From a virus (taxonomy: Duplodnaviria; Caudoviricetes): DNA of 37,672 bases. The notes beneath the pieces are model-generated. The model saw only the letters and a list, made by a program, of their open reading frames with translations. It did not search any database and had not been told where the DNA came from. Location of the stretch: positions 1 through 37,672 of the IMG/VR virus record IMGVR_UViG_3300045580_000209; one strand, written 5' to 3'. The position numbers and the translations under genes are program-made. How positions within the stretch are numbered: the first letter of the stretch is position 1; the number at the start of each line of letters is the position of its first letter. Positions 33,301-37,672 of this stretch are shown here, one piece after another.

Positions 33301-35992
33301 GCTGTCTCCGCGAGAGCAGCTGGTCGTGTCTACCTCGGTTAACAACATGGTGCAAGGCGTCATTAATGACCTGCTGACGGCGCTTAATTTTAAGAACCCC
33401 CCGAAGATCTATACATTTGCACAACTTGATGGGATGACTCCGGAACAGCTTGCAGCTGAGTTCCAGGGTATGGCGGAGGCTGTAACTACCAGCCTAAACA
33501 AGATGCGCGAGAACCGGAGTAACTTCGGTAGGCACGTATCTGGACCTTCTGGCAAGGTGATTATTTACCGTGAGACTAGCAACCCTTTGCAAGACGCAAT
33601 TGTGGTTGCTCACGAGATCGGCCACAGCCTTTACAAAGAAGAACGGGATAAGGCCCTTTCAAACAAAGCGCTTCGCGACCGCCTCATTAAAGCCTACAAA
33701 GCATCGCCGTCGTTCAAGGGTCTTTCTGATCAGTACGGTTTTGATCGTGGATTTGAAGAGTGGTTCTCTGACCAGGTAGCACTGTGGGCTAGTAAACGGT
33801 ACAAGAACAAGCAGCCACAAAAGCTTGGGGATCGCTTCTTCCGGGATTTCGTAAATCGGCTTCGTAACTTGTGGCGCGCTACTAGCGAAAGTTTCCGCAA
33901 GCGTTTTGGGCAGAAGCCAAACGAAGACTTTGAGTCTTTTATGGACTCTGTTATCGAGTCACGTCGTACCCAGGTTAACGAAAACGGGCTTAGTTTTACG
34001 GAAAAAGCGTTTGTATACGAACTGGATGAGATGTCTATCCAGTCCGGTGGACCAGCTTTGTCTGCGCACTGGGAAGCTAAGATTGCTTCGATAAAGCGCA
34101 ACAAGTACGTACAACCAATCCTCAAGTTCGTTATGACCGCCGACGGCATACTTCGTATGTACGGTGGGGACGAGCTTGCGGATATGTTTTATGTAAGGTC
34201 TCAGGACCCTACTGGGAAAGGCCGACTTGGCTTTGTGCCACAGGCCGCACGCACATTTGATGAGTATAAGAATCGTATTGAGAAAGAGATCGGGTCTATG
34301 GACGATCCGGCAGTGGTCGCAGCCATGGAAGAGGCGGCAAGCTCAACGCCGACCGCCCAGCTCACCGGTAAAGCGCGGCAGATCCGCGAATTCCTCGACC
34401 AGCTGTACGACGACTACATTCTGCCGTCGAACACGGACATCAACCGACAGCAGGACTACTTCCCAGTCGCTTTGAATCTCATGGAGATCCTGGGTCGACC
34501 GGACGAGTTCATCGACCTCATCGTTGCGAACAGCCCCAGCATCTCTCGCGATGTTGCCCGCGCTTCGGTTGATAAACTCATGCGGGTTCAGCAGGCGATC
34601 CTTGATGACCGTCCGATAACGATCGATCCAACGAATCCTGCGTCTGACGTTGCCAAGGCGATTCTGCTGACCAGAGGCGTACCCCGTGAGATCCTGCAGC
34701 AGGCGGGGTTCCTGCAGCCGCCAACCTATGCGTTCAGCAACTATATCCGTCATGTGGTGAAGCGCGTTGAATTTGACCGCGCTACAAAGGACAACGAGGG
34801 TAACGATCGCCTTAAGCCGCTTCTCGACTCGCTGAACTCAGAGGATCGCGAGGCCGCTATGGCGGTGCTAAATACTTACCTCGGCTACCGCGCACCGCTT
34901 AGCCCGTTTTGGCGCAAGCTTAATAGCTGGGGGCAGTTCCTTCAGTTTGTCACTATCCTTCCATTTGCCGCACTGTCTTCGGTTACGGACTTGGCTGGAC
35001 CTGTTATTGCTTCAAAAGAATTCGGTGCGCTAACCACGGGCATGAAGGAAGTTATCGCGACAATTAAGAACCGCGATGAGGCTATGCAGTTGGCTCGTGA
35101 CATAGGTGTAGTTACGCCAGAAGCGGTAGCCAACTCCTGGATTACCGAAGCAGATGCGGATTACATGGACCCGATGGCGCGTAAGGCGTCTGATTGGTGG
35201 TTCAACATCACTGGCCTTAACTGGTTTACCCGGTTTACCCGTGAGTTTGCGGCTGGCATGGGCGTGCAGTTCATCACCAAACATGCCCGTAACGAGTTCA
35301 ATAACCCGCGAGCGGATCGTTACCTCAGCGAGCTTGGCCTGACACGCCAGGAAGTGCTGGACTGGATCGCTGGAGGTCGCAAGCTGACCACGCCAGAAGG
35401 CAAGAAGGTAGCCCAAGGTCTGCAACGGTTTGTGGAGTCATCGACTCTGCGTCCGAACGCAGCAGAGCGTCCTGTTTGGGCGTCTGACCCACACTACGCT
35501 TTGATTTGGCAGCTAAAGGGGTACTTCTACTCATACGGTAAGGTCATCCTTGGCGGCATGTTTACCGAAGCAGAAACGCGACTTAAAGACCAGAACATCG
35601 GAACTCCGTGGGGTCGAGTCGGTTCGGCCGTTGGCCTGATGGCCCTTACTGCTGTGGCCACTATGCCGCTTGCCATGATGGGTATGGAGCTTCGTGAGTA
35701 CGCGAAGTTTGGCCTAGCCGCGCTGTTCCCATTCGTTGAAGCAGACCAGAAGTACTTCAAGACAGACCGTATGGACTGGCCGGAGTACCTTGGCACCGCT
35801 TTTGAGAAGTCGAATTTTGGCGGTCCGTTTGCCCTTGTAACTGGTGCGTCACAGGCTACTAATTTCGGCGACAGCCCATTGTTTACGCTTCTTGGGCCTA
35901 CGGCTGAAACCATAGACACGGCGTTCCAGAACGGATGGCGCGTAGACAAGACGTTGAAAGACCGGTTGTTGCCGATCTACAACCAACTTTAA
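30398..35992 (+). CDS. Large internal virion / polyvalent protein with a zincin-like motif (1864 aa)
   Basis: Gly/Ala-rich hydrophobic N-terminal region, VVAHEIGHSL...FEEWFSD, C-terminal WQLKGYFYSY and hydrophobic helices. Confidence 0.8.
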   Translation: MATEQYDPFAEFLRAGNETSPEEDLQFQQFLGNAPKTEFKGRAATLGEEFSAAVESGAQGLAADLEYFKALGNTLIGDTKAAETNIREARLREEFAAAPLDGLETFEQFLDQPTFSGFISQATRGFGQVLPSAALSIASAGTGALTAVVGRGVLNQVNRQAAKRIIKDSVDRTVQGVADPAEQQIAELAYGSLRQAATRGAIGGGFAAEFAPLSGSNLSEALEAGKPLDEGTALRAAAVAVPQAAIGVGSEYALLKLIGEQATKRAAVEGGVFANFAKRMGTGALQGGAIEGTTELIQEGIAVANRADLDPLFTAEDAKLRLAESAFAGFFGGAAPGAAGGAIGAAGDAMSRVPQGARDAAGGVVDKAANIFDKARRMLDTAREQRVNDQINREQFGDIFSGGTTPEPERDIDAQLRAMLDPTSGKQAVWIAGEATKIKARPNKISEIVIDGTEAFASFVPGRGTIVSTDRNLVNEVIAAGASDKALQVALGYSSVKDAANPGDLVVQVFDRDGRVISEEATSQDNLPAAFQAASKLMPQGGRIEQTTVEKALEDRKRRFEAEQRVEIREMNVEDDQDGTEDQTDIDLFAQGSQTIQGQRNEIGVYKKKDPAATFANTAEARANYERVFGYTDWTSPRFASMSEQMLNAAASRQSNNPNVAVMIEDTPDGKFRLVEEEYGQEDKFRFTKLVKDKETGRESTQTLLLNLSDYLVESVRRAYRVAGDLAFSQKKGDNRSARLSPEFSRLRRDSQRVTVVSPNGRSVNVALWDLVNSGRGLLFGRGQSMLGVTDARGRTISDPKAAARDAFSTLLADMLIQGYDVQVDGKSISNAIPDSALDVTAWIDGKRPVSLGELLQRDDRLPSGKRLLVFRSEEEAAVYEGRLPLGRGEKRPAPFNRLTGLTASQLATQQRSYAERGYATIVENEEDFDPTAVEDNAAPTEPTEDLPDTSIDARTTPSTVRTVEEAPLSPREQLVVSTSVNNMVQGVINDLLTALNFKNPPKIYTFAQLDGMTPEQLAAEFQGMAEAVTTSLNKMRENRSNFGRHVSGPSGKVIIYRETSNPLQDAIVVAHEIGHSLYKEERDKALSNKALRDRLIKAYKASPSFKGLSDQYGFDRGFEEWFSDQVALWASKRYKNKQPQKLGDRFFRDFVNRLRNLWRATSESFRKRFGQKPNEDFESFMDSVIESRRTQVNENGLSFTEKAFVYELDEMSIQSGGPALSAHWEAKIASIKRNKYVQPILKFVMTADGILRMYGGDELADMFYVRSQDPTGKGRLGFVPQAARTFDEYKNRIEKEIGSMDDPAVVAAMEEAASSTPTAQLTGKARQIREFLDQLYDDYILPSNTDINRQQDYFPVALNLMEILGRPDEFIDLIVANSPSISRDVARASVDKLMRVQQAILDDRPITIDPTNPASDVAKAILLTRGVPREILQQAGFLQPPTYAFSNYIRHVVKRVEFDRATKDNEGNDRLKPLLDSLNSEDREAAMAVLNTYLGYRAPLSPFWRKLNSWGQFLQFVTILPFAALSSVTDLAGPVIASKEFGALTTGMKEVIATIKNRDEAMQLARDIGVVTPEAVANSWITEADADYMDPMARKASDWWFNITGLNWFTRFTREFAAGMGVQFITKHARNEFNNPRADRYLSELGLTRQEVLDWIAGGRKLTTPEGKKVAQGLQRFVESSTLRPNAAERPVWASDPHYALIWQLKGYFYSYGKVILGGMFTEAETRLKDQNIGTPWGRVGSAVGLMALTAVATMPLAMMGMELREYAKFGLAALFPFVEADQKYFKTDRMDWPEYLGTAFEKSNFGGPFALVTGASQATNFGDSPLFTLLGPTAETIDTAFQNGWRVDKTLKDRLLPIYNQL

Positions 35993-36005
35993 CTAGGAGT
36001 AACTA

Positions 36006-36539
36006 ATGCCTATACCAGCAGTACTAGCACCACTTTTGGCCGGCGGCCTCAATTTAGTGGCTAACGCGGTTCAAGCCAAGGGTAAACAATGGGTCGAAAA
36101 GAAGCTCGGGGTAGAGCTCAAGCCAGAGATGTCAGATGAGGATCTGGCTAAGGTGCAGATGGCTGCGATGGAGCATGAGGAAGAACTGCTTCGTCTGAAA
36201 CTTGAAGAGAACAAGTTGGACTTGCAGGAACTTGAGATGTACCTCAAGGACACGGACTCGGCTCGGGATCGTGAGATTCAGATTGCCACCTCTGACAAGG
36301 CTCCGCTTCTCAACAAGATCATCACACCGATCCTTGCCCTTTCGATCCTGCTGCTGACCTTCGCCCTCTTTGGCGTGGTGATGTTCGACAACAACCCTGT
36401 TGACTCGACCCGCAAGGACATCCTGATCTACATCTTGGGCGTTCTCTCGGCCATCAGCACTCAGATCGTGTCGTACTACTTTGGCTCCTCGCAAGGCTCC
36501 AAGGACAAGGCTGACCAACTGAAGCAGGTGCTAAAATGA
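36006..36539 (+). CDS. Putative holin
   Basis: DTDSARDRE, two C-terminal TM helices, YYFGSS; overlaps the endolysin start. Confidence 0.75.
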   Translation: MPIPAVLAPLLAGGLNLVANAVQAKGKQWVEKKLGVELKPEMSDEDLAKVQMAAMEHEEELLRLKLEENKLDLQELEMYLKDTDSARDREIQIATSDKAPLLNKIITPILALSILLLTFALFGVVMFDNNPVDSTRKDILIYILGVLSAISTQIVSYYFGSSQGSKDKADQLKQVLK

Positions 36540-36874
36540 GTCTCGTTAGCGAACAGGCGGCGTTCCTTTTAGACGTATGTAAACTCGTCCAAAAAGCCAC
36601 AGAGCTAGGTTTTGTGGTCACTGGGGGAGAACTGGCTAGAACTACTGAGCAGCAGGAGATCTACGTCAAGACTGGCCGGTCTAAGACAATGAATAGCATC
36701 CACCTAAAGCGGTGTGCTATTGACCTCAACTTCTTCAAGGGCGGTAAGCTAACATACGACCGGGGGGCGCTTCAGCCCCTAGGCGATTACTGGGAGTCGC
36801 TGAACCCTAAAAACCAGTGGGGCGGGAACTGGCGGACGTTTAAAGACGTCCCACACTTCCAACGCACAGTTTAA
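36536..36874 (+). CDS. Endolysin, peptidase M15 family
   Basis: RTTEQQ, NSIHLKRCAIDL (HxxxxxxD), WGGNW, DVPHFQ. Confidence 0.88.
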   Translation: MSLVSEQAAFLLDVCKLVQKATELGFVVTGGELARTTEQQEIYVKTGRSKTMNSIHLKRCAIDLNFFKGGKLTYDRGALQPLGDYWESLNPKNQWGGNWRTFKDVPHFQRTV

Positions 36875-36939
36875 CGTGCATTTGCAACCCGCCCCTGTTA
36901 CTATTTTCAGGGGCACCTCTACCTCTAGAAGGGTTAAGG

Positions 36940-37278
36940 ATGGCTGAAAAAATCAAATTGGTCCAGGGCGACACGTATCCGCAGATACAGGTAACCCTTA
37001 CAGACGAGAACTCTGGGGCCGCTATCGACCTAACTGGTGGGACGATTACCTTGCACTTTCGTGAGGTAGGCTCCACCACTGTCCTTTTTTCGCGGGCTGG
37101 GTTCGTTAACCCCGGTACCGCTAATCAAGGTAAAGGCATCTTTATCTTTCAGCCGACAGACTTAAACCTCCCGGCTGGTGAGTACGAGGGTGAAGTCGAG
37201 GTTTATTGGGCTGGGATCGGGGCTAGGCAGACTGTCTACGACATGCTCAAGTTCCGGATTCGCGAAGACATTGCTTAA
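36940..37278 (+). CDS. BppU N-terminal-like Ig-fold virion protein
   Basis: LVQGDT.P, IDLTGGTI, GEYEGEVEV. Confidence 0.75.
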   Translation: MAEKIKLVQGDTYPQIQVTLTDENSGAAIDLTGGTITLHFREVGSTTVLFSRAGFVNPGTANQGKGIFIFQPTDLNLPAGEYEGEVEVYWAGIGARQTVYDMLKFRIREDIA

Positions 37279-37298
37279 CCAGTACGAGGTTTTCTATC

Positions 37299-37672
37299 AT
37301 GGCTGTAACGTATTCAACCGCTGTAAAAAATGCCCGCCTTCTCGCGGTACGGGACCAGATTGATGCCGGTTCGGGCCCTGGTGTCCTGCAGATCGGCACC
37401 GCTGGTATGGCGACTGTGCTTGCCGACATCACCCTTAGCGACCCGTCGGCTACTGCTGCAAGCGGCATCCTGACGTTCTCGGGCTTCCCAAAGAGCGACT
37501 CCGCTGCCAACGCAACTGGTGTCGCAGCAGCAGCCCGTATTCGGGATAGCGCTGGGACGGACGTAATTACCGGACTTACGGTCGGTACGTCTGGGACCGA
37601 CATTATCCTCGACAACACGTCGATTAACGCTGGCCAGACGATCACAATCAACTCGGCCACCATCACCCACGC
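37299..37672 (+). CDS. Tail-associated structural protein (truncated by the window end, not in the ORF track)
   Basis: SD GAGGT; MAVTYSTAVKNARLLAVRDQIDAGSGPGVLQIGTAG...INAGQTITINSATITH, open to the end. Confidence 0.8.
   Translation, partial: MAVTYSTAVKNARLLAVRDQIDAGSGPGVLQIGTAGMATVLADITLSDPSATAASGILTFSGFPKSDSAANATGVAAAARIRDSAGTDVITGLTVGTSGTDIILDNTSINAGQTITINSATITH

Noticed and set aside
28089-35992. Virion RNA polymerase within the ejection proteins
   Set aside because: No recognisable T7/N4 motifs A, B, C or DxDGD by eye; a very divergent enzyme cannot be excluded without structure prediction.
36891-36914. GCCCCTG-TTACTATTTT-CAGGGGC as a third LexA box (CTG-N10-CAG)
   Set aside because: The right half is TCAG rather than ACAG and the flanks are GC-rich; better explained as a hairpin after the endolysin gene.

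Overview
This window is most of the genome of a tailed dsDNA phage (Caudoviricetes), probably podovirus-like, with two divergent arms that switch strand at about 16.1-16.4 kb. The minus-strand arm (1-16056) carries small early genes, a MoxR ATPase / Nmad5-like / vWA-peptidase trio, and a replication module: family A DNA polymerase (Leu762 type), CsrA homologue, primase-helicase, Cas4-like nuclease, GP88-like protein and SNF2 helicase. The plus-strand arm (16395-end) carries an HNH-like protein, terminases, portal, scaffold, N4-gp56-type major capsid, adaptors, four ejection-type proteins, holin, M15 endolysin and the first tail genes. No integrase, CI repressor, tRNA or CRISPR array was seen. 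The most unusual content is non-coding. (1) Five to six tandem H-type pseudoknot-like units with different sequences but one shared architecture fill the capsid leader, and single copies of that fold occur in the early arm. (2) Two back-to-back TTGACA + LexA-box elements sit beside an origin-like array of convergent TGTGTGTC repeats. (3) An N4-style GCGAAGC hairpin precedes the first early gene, and a CAGGAG-loop structure precedes the first late gene. Protein family calls come from motif recognition by eye and RNA folds from manual pairing; no searches or folding programs were run.
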